55,458 nt of DNA from a virus (Duplodnaviria > Caudoviricetes), in the IMG/VR virus record IMGVR_UViG_3300044580_000222, positions 1 to 55,458 of that record; one strand, written 5' to 3'. Numbering within the stretch: position 1 is the first letter of the stretch; each line of letters starts with the position of its first letter. Positions 27,752 to 36,599 of this stretch are shown piece by piece. Under the pieces are notes generated by a model. That model was given only the letters and a program-made list of their open reading frames with translations, was not told the DNA's origin and did not search any database. The translations under genes were made by a program, and so were the position numbers.

Positions 27752-28322
27752 AATCTTCCAATCACACCAGGGAGAGGGATTAAACACCGGGCAGTTCTGC
27801 ACGTTTATCAGGTTTTCAGGATGTAACCTTTCATGTTCTTTTTGTGATACCAAATATGCAAAAGTCGGGATTGAAACTAACATCGAAGAAATTCTCCCGA
27901 AACTATCATCTCATATTGTATTCACAGGAGGAGAACCATTTCTCCACGAAAAGGCGATGTATGAAATAATTAACACAAAAAATCCGGTGTATGTAGAGGT
28001 TGAAACAAACGGAACAATCATTCCAACAAATCCGGGAGTATTTGATTTAATCACCATCAGTCCGAAAACTGATATCAGATATCAGGAATGGTTAAAATAC
28101 CCGAATACAGTTTTTAAATTCCCTGCAATATACATCGACCCGGTTCTAAACATTGTAGAAAAAGAGAGAATTCCAAAGGAACGGGTGTATATCATGCCTA
28201 TAACCTCAAGGAATTTTAATAATTTGGAAATCCATCGGGACTTATCCAAACAATGCAGAGAATATGGATTTAACTTCTCTCCACGTCTTCAAGTGTTGCT
28301 CGATTGGGGGAAGGGGCTATGA
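27738..28322 (+). CDS. queE: 7-carboxy-7-deazaguanine synthase (radical SAM)
   Basis: EIF.S.QGEG, CNLSCSFCDT, TGGEP, ETNG, SPK, PRLQ. Confidence 0.93.
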   Translation: MIISEIFQSHQGEGLNTGQFCTFIRFSGCNLSCSFCDTKYAKVGIETNIEEILPKLSSHIVFTGGEPFLHEKAMYEIINTKNPVYVEVETNGTIIPTNPGVFDLITISPKTDIRYQEWLKYPNTVFKFPAIYIDPVLNIVEKERIPKERVYIMPITSRNFNNLEIHRDLSKQCREYGFNFSPRLQVLLDWGKGL

Positions 28323-28969
28323 AATCGGTTATCATCGTATCAGGAGGGATGGATAGTATAACTCTGCTCCACGATATTCATTCCCAGGGAGAAGAACTTC
28401 ATGCAATATCCTTTGATTACAACCAGAGACACCAGAAAGAAATTCGGTTTGCAAAATTAAATTGCGAGAAACTCAACATTCCGCATAAGATAATTTCACT
28501 ATCTATACTGAATGATATCGCTCCCTCTTCATTGACCCGGATAGAACCCCAAATCCCCGAAGGTCAGTATGATGGAGAGAATATGAAGCAGACCGTTGTT
28601 CCAAATCGGAATATGGTGATGCTATCGCTTGCGGCTTCTTATGCAATTGGTATTGGAGCCACAAAATTGTATTATGGTGCCCATTCAGGTGACCATACAA
28701 TATATCCCGATTGCAGACCGGAATTTGTTGAAGCAATATCAAAAACACTGTTTCTTTGTGACTGGCACCCAATCGAATTAAAAGTCCCATACCTTCACGG
28801 AAATAAAACAACCATTCTGAAAAGAGGGCTTGAATTAGGTGTTGATTATTCACAAACCTGGACATGCTATAATGGAAGAGAAATGGCATGTGGAAAGTGT
28901 GGGTCATGCGATGAGCGATTAGCAGCATTTAGAGAACTTGGAATAAAAGATCCATTGGAGTATGAATAA
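28319..28969 (+). CDS. queC: 7-cyano-7-deazaguanine synthase
   Basis: SGGMDS, VPNRN, YPDCR, TWTCY, CGKCGSC. Confidence 0.95.
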   Translation: MKSVIIVSGGMDSITLLHDIHSQGEELHAISFDYNQRHQKEIRFAKLNCEKLNIPHKIISLSILNDIAPSSLTRIEPQIPEGQYDGENMKQTVVPNRNMVMLSLAASYAIGIGATKLYYGAHSGDHTIYPDCRPEFVEAISKTLFLCDWHPIELKVPYLHGNKTTILKRGLELGVDYSQTWTCYNGREMACGKCGSCDERLAAFRELGIKDPLEYE

Positions 28970-29476
28970 ATGAAACTCGAAATTCCAGACGAACTATTCA
29001 ACGAAGAAGAGATTCAAAACACCCCCGGAAGATACCAAGGATTCCTGAACGAATGGGAAAAGAACGATGACCTGAAGTTCACAACATTCGAGAACCCTGG
29101 TTATGACCAGCTTATCATTCTCAAAGATATTGATTTTTCATCCCTTTGTTCTCATCATGTTCTTCCCTTCCACGGCAAGGCTCATGTCGGATATCTCCCA
29201 GGGGAGCGGATATGTGGGATATCTAAACTAGCAAGAGTGGTGGATAAGTTTGCATCCCGCCCACAGATTCAGGAAAAGATGACCAATGAGATAGCAGACT
29301 TCATTGAAGACAACCTTCATCCAAAGGGATGTATGGTGGTTGTAGAAGCAGGTCATGACTGTATGAGAATACGAGGAGTAAAGAAACCGGCATCTAGTAT
29401 GGTAACATCTGCAGTTCGCGGTGAATTTCTTCATACCCCATCACTGAAAGATGAGTTCATGCGACTCATTGCGTAA
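28970..29476 (+). CDS. folE: GTP cyclohydrolase I
   Basis: SLCSHH.LPF, GISKLAR, RPQIQE, H.CM..RG. Confidence 0.95.
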   Translation: MKLEIPDELFNEEEIQNTPGRYQGFLNEWEKNDDLKFTTFENPGYDQLIILKDIDFSSLCSHHVLPFHGKAHVGYLPGERICGISKLARVVDKFASRPQIQEKMTNEIADFIEDNLHPKGCMVVVEAGHDCMRIRGVKKPASSMVTSAVRGEFLHTPSLKDEFMRLIA

Positions 29477-29496
29477 AATGTCAAAACTGTCATAAG

Positions 29497-30051
29497 ATGT
29501 CAACAAAAATTCGGAACCCATTTGAGCGAAGAACGGATGAAAAAGCAGACCAATGGGAAGCGTTCAAAATATACCGGGACATGGGTTCGTCAAGGTCAAT
29601 GACAGAATTGTCACGACTGACAGAAACGAACATCAGAACCCTATACCGATGGTCAGAGAAGCATCAGTGGGATAGACGAATAGAAACATACCACGAATGG
29701 CAGAAGAACGAGCAGGTGAAGGATAAGGCTGTTGTAATCGCTCATGATATGCTTCAGGGAGCGGAAAAGACCGTTTCCGGGTTGTTATTCGTAATTGCTT
29801 CGGATATCAAGTATAAGCAGCAACAATGGAAAGAATGGTGGGATATCAAGAATCAGGGACGAGAACCATCATTCAAACCTCCTTCCGTATCAACAAAATC
29901 CCTGACCGATTCACTGAATAACTTATTGGAAAGTGCAGAACGGTTAAAATCCCTCCGTGGAGCAGATGAACACGGGACCGCAGCAATAGATGAATTAATA
30001 GATATGTTAAGAAATGAGCCTGAAATTACAGAAACCCAAAGGGAAGAGTAA
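29497..30051 (+). CDS. terS: terminase small subunit
   Basis: AF..Y..MG..RS HTH...WS..H.W..R; overlaps terL. Confidence 0.8.
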   Translation: MSTKIRNPFERRTDEKADQWEAFKIYRDMGSSRSMTELSRLTETNIRTLYRWSEKHQWDRRIETYHEWQKNEQVKDKAVVIAHDMLQGAEKTVSGLLFVIASDIKYKQQQWKEWWDIKNQGREPSFKPPSVSTKSLTDSLNNLLESAERLKSLRGADEHGTAAIDELIDMLRNEPEITETQREE

Positions 30052-31300
30052 ACAGTTTATCCTGGCTGAACCTTCCCGCATCAATATTTTGCACGGGTCT
30101 GTCCGGTCTGGAAAAACCATTGCATCAATCATCAAATGGATTCATCTGGTCAAAAACCAGGCAACTGCCGAATGCCTGATGGTTGGAAAGACCGAACGAA
30201 CCCTGATAAGAAACATCATCAACCCGATGCAGGAGATGTTACCGGAATCAGTCATCCATGTGAACAAAGGGTCAGGAGAACTCATTCTGTATGGAAAGAG
30301 GGTTTATCTGGTTGGAGCAAATGATGAACGGTCCGAATCAAAAATAAGAGGCCAGACCCTTCAGTATGCATACATAGATGAAGGAACCATTATTCCAGAA
30401 TCGTTTTTTAAGATGCTTCAGACCCGTTTATCAGAACCCAATGCACAATTATACGTCACCACCAACCCGGATTCACCGTATCACTGGATGAAGAAAGAGA
30501 TTATTGATGCAGCGGATATTCTCAAAGCAAACATCTGGCATTTTACTCTGGACGATAACCCATACCTGGATAAAGAATACATTGAATCCTTGAAACTATC
30601 CTTCTCCGGGTTATGGTATCAGAGATACATAGAAGGGTTATGGGTTTTAGCTGAGGGGGTTGTATATCCGATGTGGGATGAATCACAGCACGTCAGGGAT
30701 ACACCGGCAGGGGGTATGGAGAACCTTATTGTATCAGTGGATTATGGTGTTTCAAATCCTTCTGTATTTCTTTTAGGCGGAATCCATCATCCAACCGGAA
30801 ACGTCCATGTCATGAAAGAGATGTATCATAATTCAGCTGAATCCGGGCAACTGACCGATAAACAACTTGGAGACCTGATGGATGATTTCACCAGGGGAGT
30901 AAGAACCCTTCGATATATCACCGTAGACCCGTCAGCAACCTCATTTATCGCAGAACTCCGGTCCCGTGGATATGTGGTCCGGGAAGCTGTGAATGATGTG
31001 ATACCAGGCATTCAGGAAGTGAGCAGAAGATTGTCCCTCCATACTCTATTTATTGACCCGTCGTGCCATAACATGATACAAGAATTCGGGGCGTATGTGT
31101 GGGATGAGAACGCACAGAAACGGGGCGAAGACAAGCCCAAAAAGACAAACGACCATTGCAGCGATACCCTTCGTTATTTGATAATGGAATATGCACAGAT
31201 GAACCGTGTAGAGATATCCAGACCGTCACCCGGCATGTCAACTGTTCCCAGGGGTATAAGGTCAGGCAGGTCACGCAAGACATCACCACTAGGGTTTTGA
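30014..31300 (+). CDS. terL: terminase large subunit (PBSX-like)
   Basis: GSVRSGKT Walker A, YIDE Walker B, TTNP, VDYG nuclease, DH..D.LRY. Confidence 0.96.
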   Translation: MSLKLQKPKGKSKQFILAEPSRINILHGSVRSGKTIASIIKWIHLVKNQATAECLMVGKTERTLIRNIINPMQEMLPESVIHVNKGSGELILYGKRVYLVGANDERSESKIRGQTLQYAYIDEGTIIPESFFKMLQTRLSEPNAQLYVTTNPDSPYHWMKKEIIDAADILKANIWHFTLDDNPYLDKEYIESLKLSFSGLWYQRYIEGLWVLAEGVVYPMWDESQHVRDTPAGGMENLIVSVDYGVSNPSVFLLGGIHHPTGNVHVMKEMYHNSAESGQLTDKQLGDLMDDFTRGVRTLRYITVDPSATSFIAELRSRGYVVREAVNDVIPGIQEVSRRLSLHTLFIDPSCHNMIQEFGAYVWDENAQKRGEDKPKKTNDHCSDTLRYLIMEYAQMNRVEISRPSPGMSTVPRGIRSGRSRKTSPLGF

Positions 31301-31374
31301 ATTTATACTTATAACTCCCTTATTTTATCCGTATAAAATACTTTCAAAATTCGTATGATATACTTACACTCGGA

Positions 31375-31417
31375 ATAGTAAGTATTATATACTTATAAAA
31401 TAAACTATAGTATGTAA
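31375..31417 (+). promoter_or_regulatory. conserved 43-bp cassette promoter, copy 4
   Basis: Identical to copy 3 including upstream CGGA, but ends ATGTAA. Confidence 0.85.
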
Positions 31418-31435
31418 CAAATGGAGAGATGAAAG

Positions 31436-31813
31436 ATGAGCCAGTATGTAGAGGATGAGAAAACCGGGAACTGGATGTTAGTTGACGACGGAGAGGGACA
31501 GGAATATGATGCAGAAAAGCATCTTGAGAACCTTGTGAACCGGGTAAACACCTGGGACCATGCAGACATCAGGGAATTGAAAGATGTCCTTGAACAGATA
31601 CCAGAAGTTCTTCGGGAAGCAGGCAAAGCGCCAAGAACCGCTGATGTGATAGACTTTTCAGACCTTCCAACAGAACCCATACCGGCAGGGTTAGAAACCT
31701 ATCCAATCTGGGCAATGGATAAGAAACACCAGTGCCTTGTTGGTGACGATGCAACCAGTATTGAGAACCTGGATGATATCAAGGCATGGTATGAGGAGAA
31801 ATCCCAGAACTAA
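31436..31813 (+). CDS. acidic hypothetical protein (cassette gene)
   Basis: GGAG RBS; D/E-rich; DLPT...WAMD...LVG motif. Confidence 0.7.
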   Translation: MSQYVEDEKTGNWMLVDDGEGQEYDAEKHLENLVNRVNTWDHADIRELKDVLEQIPEVLREAGKAPRTADVIDFSDLPTEPIPAGLETYPIWAMDKKHQCLVGDDATSIENLDDIKAWYEEKSQN

Positions 31814-31830
31814 TTTTTGAGGTGGAATAA

Positions 31831-32130
31831 ATGGATGAATTAATTATATCAAAAGAAGCATTCAAGCAAGCACAGGAATACAACAAAAAGGCAGCATACA
31901 ACCGGGAAAAGGCAGAAAAGAAATTACGAAATGGCGAGTTTCTCGGAAACGGAACCTGGATGGTGGCAGTCATTGGAAAGAAATCAATCTGGTTTGAATC
32001 CCAGGATGGGAGGACACAATTCCAAAACCAGACTGTGGCACTCCGTGACCTCGTTGATACGAATGGAACTCCCTGTGATACCTGGGAAAACCCTGAAACC
32101 CATGAAACCCATCAACTGGTGTGGGAATAA
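31831..32130 (+). CDS. hypothetical protein (cassette gene)
   Basis: GAGGTGG RBS. Confidence 0.65.
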   Translation: MDELIISKEAFKQAQEYNKKAAYNREKAEKKLRNGEFLGNGTWMVAVIGKKSIWFESQDGRTQFQNQTVALRDLVDTNGTPCDTWENPETHETHQLVWE

Positions 32131-32153
32131 ACTAATTTTTTGAGGTGGGATAA

Positions 32154-32489
32154 ATGAACAACACCTGCATATTTTGCGGGGAACCGGTCATCCTTGGCAG
32201 TTTTCAGAAATATACGGGTGGGTTCTATCGTCAAACCTATATCTGCCGGTCATGCGGAAGGCAGTATGTAGATGGTCCTGCATTCCAAGAGAAACCCAGT
32301 GACCGGAGGTTTAACCCATTGGAGAAACCACCGTGTCCGAGATGTGGAAGCGATAACACCATGTTCAACGAATGGCTAGAAACCAAAGAGCGAATAAAAC
32401 CCAGGTTCAAATGCCTGAATTGTAACAGGTCGTTTACATTGGGCGGAAAATTGAATTCACATAAGAAATATGATGAGGAAAAACAATGA
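32154..32489 (+). CDS. double IS1-InsA-like zinc-ribbon protein
   Basis: CxxC...Y.CRSCG and CPRCGS...RFKCLNC. Confidence 0.7.
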   Translation: MNNTCIFCGEPVILGSFQKYTGGFYRQTYICRSCGRQYVDGPAFQEKPSDRRFNPLEKPPCPRCGSDNTMFNEWLETKERIKPRFKCLNCNRSFTLGGKLNSHKKYDEEKQ

Positions 32490-32659
32490 TAACAATCACA
32501 ATCGAAAGCGAAGATGGTAATAGAACCGTCAAAAAATATGAATCGAACTCGTTTGAATTCGTACCGGAAAAAATAGCATCACGCCAAGGCACCGCAGCAG
32601 GCATTTACCTGCCAAAAGATGCGGTGGGAAAAGGCGTAATTGCAATTATTCTCGAATAA
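32486..32659 (+). CDS. DUF2080-like small protein (...AGIYLPKDAVGKGVIAIILE)
   Basis: 57 aa, not in the track; IYLPK..VGK.V motif; ATGA overlap. Confidence 0.65.
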   Translation: MITITIESEDGNRTVKKYESNSFEFVPEKIASRQGTAAGIYLPKDAVGKGVIAIILE

Positions 32660-32888
32660 TACTTTTTTGTTCTGTTCCCTGTTCAATGCACGCGGATGTA
32701 AAAACCCGGTCATCCTGGTATCCTACTATTAGTTCGCGTATCTCGGTTGCGGGTTTTATCTGGATGGAATAATCACAATACGGTTCAACACCACCCGCAA
32801 ACCTTGTAGCACACAGTTCAGATGAAAACCGGTCCAGAACGATATCGAACTGCCCGGCGTCAACACATACACAATAATCGTAATTCAT
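32646..32888 (-). CDS. hypothetical protein
   Basis: 80-aa ORF convergent with the cassette. Confidence 0.4.
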   Translation of the reverse strand: MNYDYCVCVDAGQFDIVLDRFSSELCATRFAGGVEPYCDYSIQIKPATEIRELIVGYQDDRVFTSACIEQGTEQKSIIRE

Positions 32889-33208
32889 CGTCTATATTTT
32901 GTTTTTTTTGGTTGGTGATATACCCTGTGAAGCGCTTAATCCTCATTTGAGCAATTATTCAACGTGATATTTGCAATGCAAACATAATATGAATGCATGG
33001 CATTTATTTATATAATCAGCAATGCAGCATTATCTTATGATGACATCCCAAAAGCGTGCGCAAAACCAGATAAAATCCAGGCACGCGGACGAATAACCTC
33101 TTCTTTTATGCGTATGTTCCAACAAGAATATACCAAAAATTTAACAGAATACTTAAAGTCGTTTAATGGAATGAAGCATCTTTAAATATAACGTGCGAAT
33201 ATTACGGT

Positions 33209-34603
33209 ATGGCGTCTTTAACGGTTCCGTCCCGGTCAGGAACCAGATATATCAGCAATATCAAGAATTTTGCGAAAAACGCGGTCACGGTGGATACGCT
33301 TTACAAGTTCTCCCGCACCGCATACGGGAAAGGTCTGTTTATTAAGTTCTCTGCAATGGTATTCAACAAATACCCAACCCTTGCAGTCTATGACCCAAAC
33401 AACGATGTGGATGAAAAGACCCAATTGTTACTATCTAACCTTCTCAAGTCTCCGAAGTTCTCGTTGTTATCTGCCGGGCAGTTCCGGTTATACGACAAAT
33501 TTTTTTACGGTCCCACGATATTTAACCCGATATGGGAAAAGAACAAGGAAGGGATAATTGCACCAAAAGAACTTATCAGACTCCCGCCACACTCATTCGC
33601 AAAACAACCGTCAGGCCGGGAAAAATATACTGATTACCTTCTTGGAATCACCCTGGCACCGGACGGGGAAACAATAGAATGCTGGCAGACAGTTGGAACA
33701 AACAAAGCCGAACTCCTGAATATGGATGACCTGGTTATCTGTCAGTCTCCGATTGTGGACGGGTTAGTAGAGACGCCACTCATTGAACCTATCATCCCGT
33801 TCATTGATATGTTGATTTACGGATGGGAAACCAATGTCCAGGTTATGAAACGGGGTGCGGCCCCTATCCTGTTCATTAAGATAAGCAACCCTGCTCCCGC
33901 GTGTGAAGCGAATGACTTTGTCTCGGATGAGGATTATGCAAACATGATTCTTGAGAATTGGGATAAAGACACAGCGTTCAGTCTCCGGTCAAACATGGAG
34001 ATTATCGAATACAAATATGAAAATACCATAAACCTTGAAATCATCGAAGCATTGTATCAGCATATCATTTACACCCTGAACCCTGCATCGTTCTTTGATG
34101 ATGATTCAACACGGCTCGGAGGGTCAGATAACGGGAAACTTGAACTGATGGCGGCATTCATCGGAGGTATCCAGGCTGAGATAGAACAACAACTGAACGA
34201 CCTGATAAACCCGTTCTTCCAGTATAACTCATTCGCACCAGGATACCGGGCTGAAGTCACCCTTCCCCGGATGAATACCGGAAGCCGTGACCTTGACCTG
34301 AAAGAAGCTGAGATGGGCGCCAAATACCGGACTCTTACCATCAATGAGGTCAGGCAGAGACAGGGAGCGGAAGGGCTGGATGAGGATTCCCTCAAACAGA
34401 TGATAGATGAGTGGTCCCTGATAACTCCTGTGGCTGATGAGGCTCCAAAGAGTGCTGAAAAAACATCCCTTCCTGATGTAGTCCTGAGACAGGATGTTCC
34501 AACCGTGGATGAGCTGGAAGATGAACTGGAAACAGACCTGCACAAGATGATTGACCATGCCACCAGGGATATCATTGAGACCATGAGGAAAGGCCGGGCA
34601 TGA
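33209..34603 (+). CDS. portal protein
   Basis: 464 aa, first large gene after terL; C-terminal LTINEVR...G motif. Confidence 0.8.
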   Translation: MASLTVPSRSGTRYISNIKNFAKNAVTVDTLYKFSRTAYGKGLFIKFSAMVFNKYPTLAVYDPNNDVDEKTQLLLSNLLKSPKFSLLSAGQFRLYDKFFYGPTIFNPIWEKNKEGIIAPKELIRLPPHSFAKQPSGREKYTDYLLGITLAPDGETIECWQTVGTNKAELLNMDDLVICQSPIVDGLVETPLIEPIIPFIDMLIYGWETNVQVMKRGAAPILFIKISNPAPACEANDFVSDEDYANMILENWDKDTAFSLRSNMEIIEYKYENTINLEIIEALYQHIIYTLNPASFFDDDSTRLGGSDNGKLELMAAFIGGIQAEIEQQLNDLINPFFQYNSFAPGYRAEVTLPRMNTGSRDLDLKEAEMGAKYRTLTINEVRQRQGAEGLDEDSLKQMIDEWSLITPVADEAPKSAEKTSLPDVVLRQDVPTVDELEDELETDLHKMIDHATRDIIETMRKGRA

Positions 34604-35301
34604 GTGAACTTGACCTGGCAACTGAACTGGCTATTACAGCCACGATGACCGAACTTGTTAACCAGATAAAGGACCGGATATCAGAACACATTGCCAAGAC
34701 CGCGTTTTTTGGGTATATCAACGCCCAGAAAGAATTAAAGGTTCCAATCAACCCACGAGCAGCAAAACAACCTGCTCTTACCTATGCAGAACGATATCGG
34801 GATGAACTGAACCGGGGCGGGACCACCATAAACAAAGAATGGATACCGTGGTTTGAAAAATACGATGCGAAAACCAATGCAGACGCATTATCTGAAATCA
34901 TCACCAGAGGTATCAGGGAAGGAAAACCCCTGGGAAGATGGGAATTAAGAAGTGTTCCGGGCCAGTATCCATCCCATACGGTTGCAGATGATATCATGAA
35001 CCACATGGGACAGATGTATAAATCCGGGGCGTCTCGGATTGCGAGAACCGAAACCATACGGTGTTTAAATGAAAACTCCCTGGACCGGTACAAACAGTCA
35101 GACATCAACCGGGTTATGGTGCGGGATGGGTGCGGGTGTGCTGTTTGTGCAGCCTTGAATGGGGAGATATGGACTGTTGATGAAGCGTATGGAAGAACCA
35201 TCGAACATCCACATTGCAGACGCAGTTTTGTTCCAATTGTGCCAGGGTTCCCAATGCCCGAAGCAATGAACCCGTCACCAATGCCCGAAGATGATTATTG
35301 A
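34600..35301 (+). CDS. MuF/SPP1 gp7-like minor head protein
   Basis: RIARTE, C..C..LNG, HPHCR motifs. Confidence 0.88.
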   Translation: MSELDLATELAITATMTELVNQIKDRISEHIAKTAFFGYINAQKELKVPINPRAAKQPALTYAERYRDELNRGGTTINKEWIPWFEKYDAKTNADALSEIITRGIREGKPLGRWELRSVPGQYPSHTVADDIMNHMGQMYKSGASRIARTETIRCLNENSLDRYKQSDINRVMVRDGCGCAVCAALNGEIWTVDEAYGRTIEHPHCRRSFVPIVPGFPMPEAMNPSPMPEDDY

Positions 35302-35309
35302 GGTAATCA

Positions 35310-35453
35310 ATGCCGACAGGAAAACCAATTGACAACACTACGAAACAGACCATCCGAGAAATGTATCAGACCTGTTCCAAAAACAGGATAGCAAAAACCC
35401 TGGGAATTAACCGGAGAACGGTTATCAGAATTCTTTCTGACCGGGAAAACTAA
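35310..35453 (+). CDS. small HTH protein (47 aa, ...SKNRIAKTLGINRRTVIRIL)
   Basis: GAGGT RBS; clear HTH motif; not in the track. Confidence 0.65.
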   Translation: MPTGKPIDNTTKQTIREMYQTCSKNRIAKTLGINRRTVIRILSDREN

Positions 35454-35474
35454 TTTTACATATTTTAGTATAGA

Positions 35475-35517
35475 ATAATAAGTATTATATACTTATAGGT
35501 ATAACTATAGTATGTAG
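35475..35517 (+). promoter_or_regulatory. conserved 43-bp cassette promoter, copy 5
   Basis: ATAATAAGTATTATATACTTATA-GGTATA-ACTATAGT-ATGTAG. Confidence 0.85.
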
Positions 35518-35540
35518 TAAACACATAGGAGAAAACAAAA

Positions 35541-35795
35541 ATGAACTACAATGAAAATTCACACAGAATCATAACTGAATCAGATGAAATTCAGGTTGGA
35601 ATGAAAATTGGAACCCTAATAAACGGAAGAGTTATGTTTGCAGGAGAAGTCTGCGAAATTACCTATCGGGATGTATCCCCGGTATTTGGATACAAATACG
35701 TGGGGGGATATGTTTTCTGGAGAGATAACAAAACCAGCAAAATGTCTTTTTCGATGCATGATGGAGAACAGAGCATTGTGGAGATATTAAACTAA
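35541..35795 (+). CDS. small beta-rich hypothetical protein (cassette gene)
   Basis: AGGAG RBS after promoter copy 5. Confidence 0.65.
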   Translation: MNYNENSHRIITESDEIQVGMKIGTLINGRVMFAGEVCEITYRDVSPVFGYKYVGGYVFWRDNKTSKMSFSMHDGEQSIVEILN

Positions 35796-35812
35796 TTTTT
35801 CAGGTGGATAAA

Positions 35813-36037
35813 ATGAAGAAAAACGCACTTCACAAAATAATGGATGAACACTTTGAACAGATTGAACGGGAGCACCCGGAACAGTGTTTCAACTGTCTTC
35901 CTGAACTGGATTATGAAGATGATTTATTCGTTTATCATTGCCTTCGGGATTACGGCTGTTCCCAGGAAGAGATAGACCGGTTATGCAGACCGGAGAACCG
36001 GGAAGAGTGTGACCGGATAATGAGGGGAAAAGAATAA
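35813..36037 (+). CDS. small acidic Cys-containing protein (cassette gene)
   Basis: AGGTGG RBS; followed by a T-tract. Confidence 0.6.
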   Translation: MKKNALHKIMDEHFEQIEREHPEQCFNCLPELDYEDDLFVYHCLRDYGCSQEEIDRLCRPENREECDRIMRGKE

Positions 36038-36267
36038 CCTATCACTTTTTGTTATGTTCCCCGAATGCAGATATCTCTTTGCAGATATCATTCAGGCATT
36101 CGATTATCTCATTGTGATAATATCCATCCCACACTCCTATCTTATACTGGATGTATTCAGCGATAGGGCCCGTGTCATCCGGTATCCTGATGATGGTGTC
36201 AGGGACATCTTTTTTCATTCTACAAAAACATCTGTGATGCTCATCGTCAGGGTCTTCTGGATGAATT

Positions 36268-36582
36268 TCAACACTCCGGTATATTTACCCGATGCCGGTC
36301 TTTTAATTCCTGGGCTTTTGCTGCATTGAAACCGGAAACGGACTGCATATACCCGGTTATTCTACTAACACCGTCTACGTCATGGCACCCACAAACGGGA
36401 CACATCAACTCACCGCAATCCGGGCAATATGCTAATCCGTCAACGATATCATGATTGCAGGTTAAATTGTCCTTTTCACACATCTCCTTCAGCCCGATGT
36501 TGGATAGACATTTCGGGCAGTTTCCATCAATCAAATCAGATTCTTCGATTACAATCTTACATGAGTGGCATTTGTATTTCAT
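36268..36582 (-). CDS. stand-alone NrdD C-terminal (Zn-ribbon + glycyl-radical loop) protein
   Basis: CPVCG.HDVDGVSRITGY...FN.AK.QE..DR; extra CxxC pairs; AGGAG RBS. Confidence 0.8.
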   Translation of the reverse strand: MKYKCHSCKIVIEESDLIDGNCPKCLSNIGLKEMCEKDNLTCNHDIVDGLAYCPDCGELMCPVCGCHDVDGVSRITGYMQSVSGFNAAKAQELKDRHRVNIPEC

Positions 36583-36599
36583 TTTATTATCTCCTAAAC

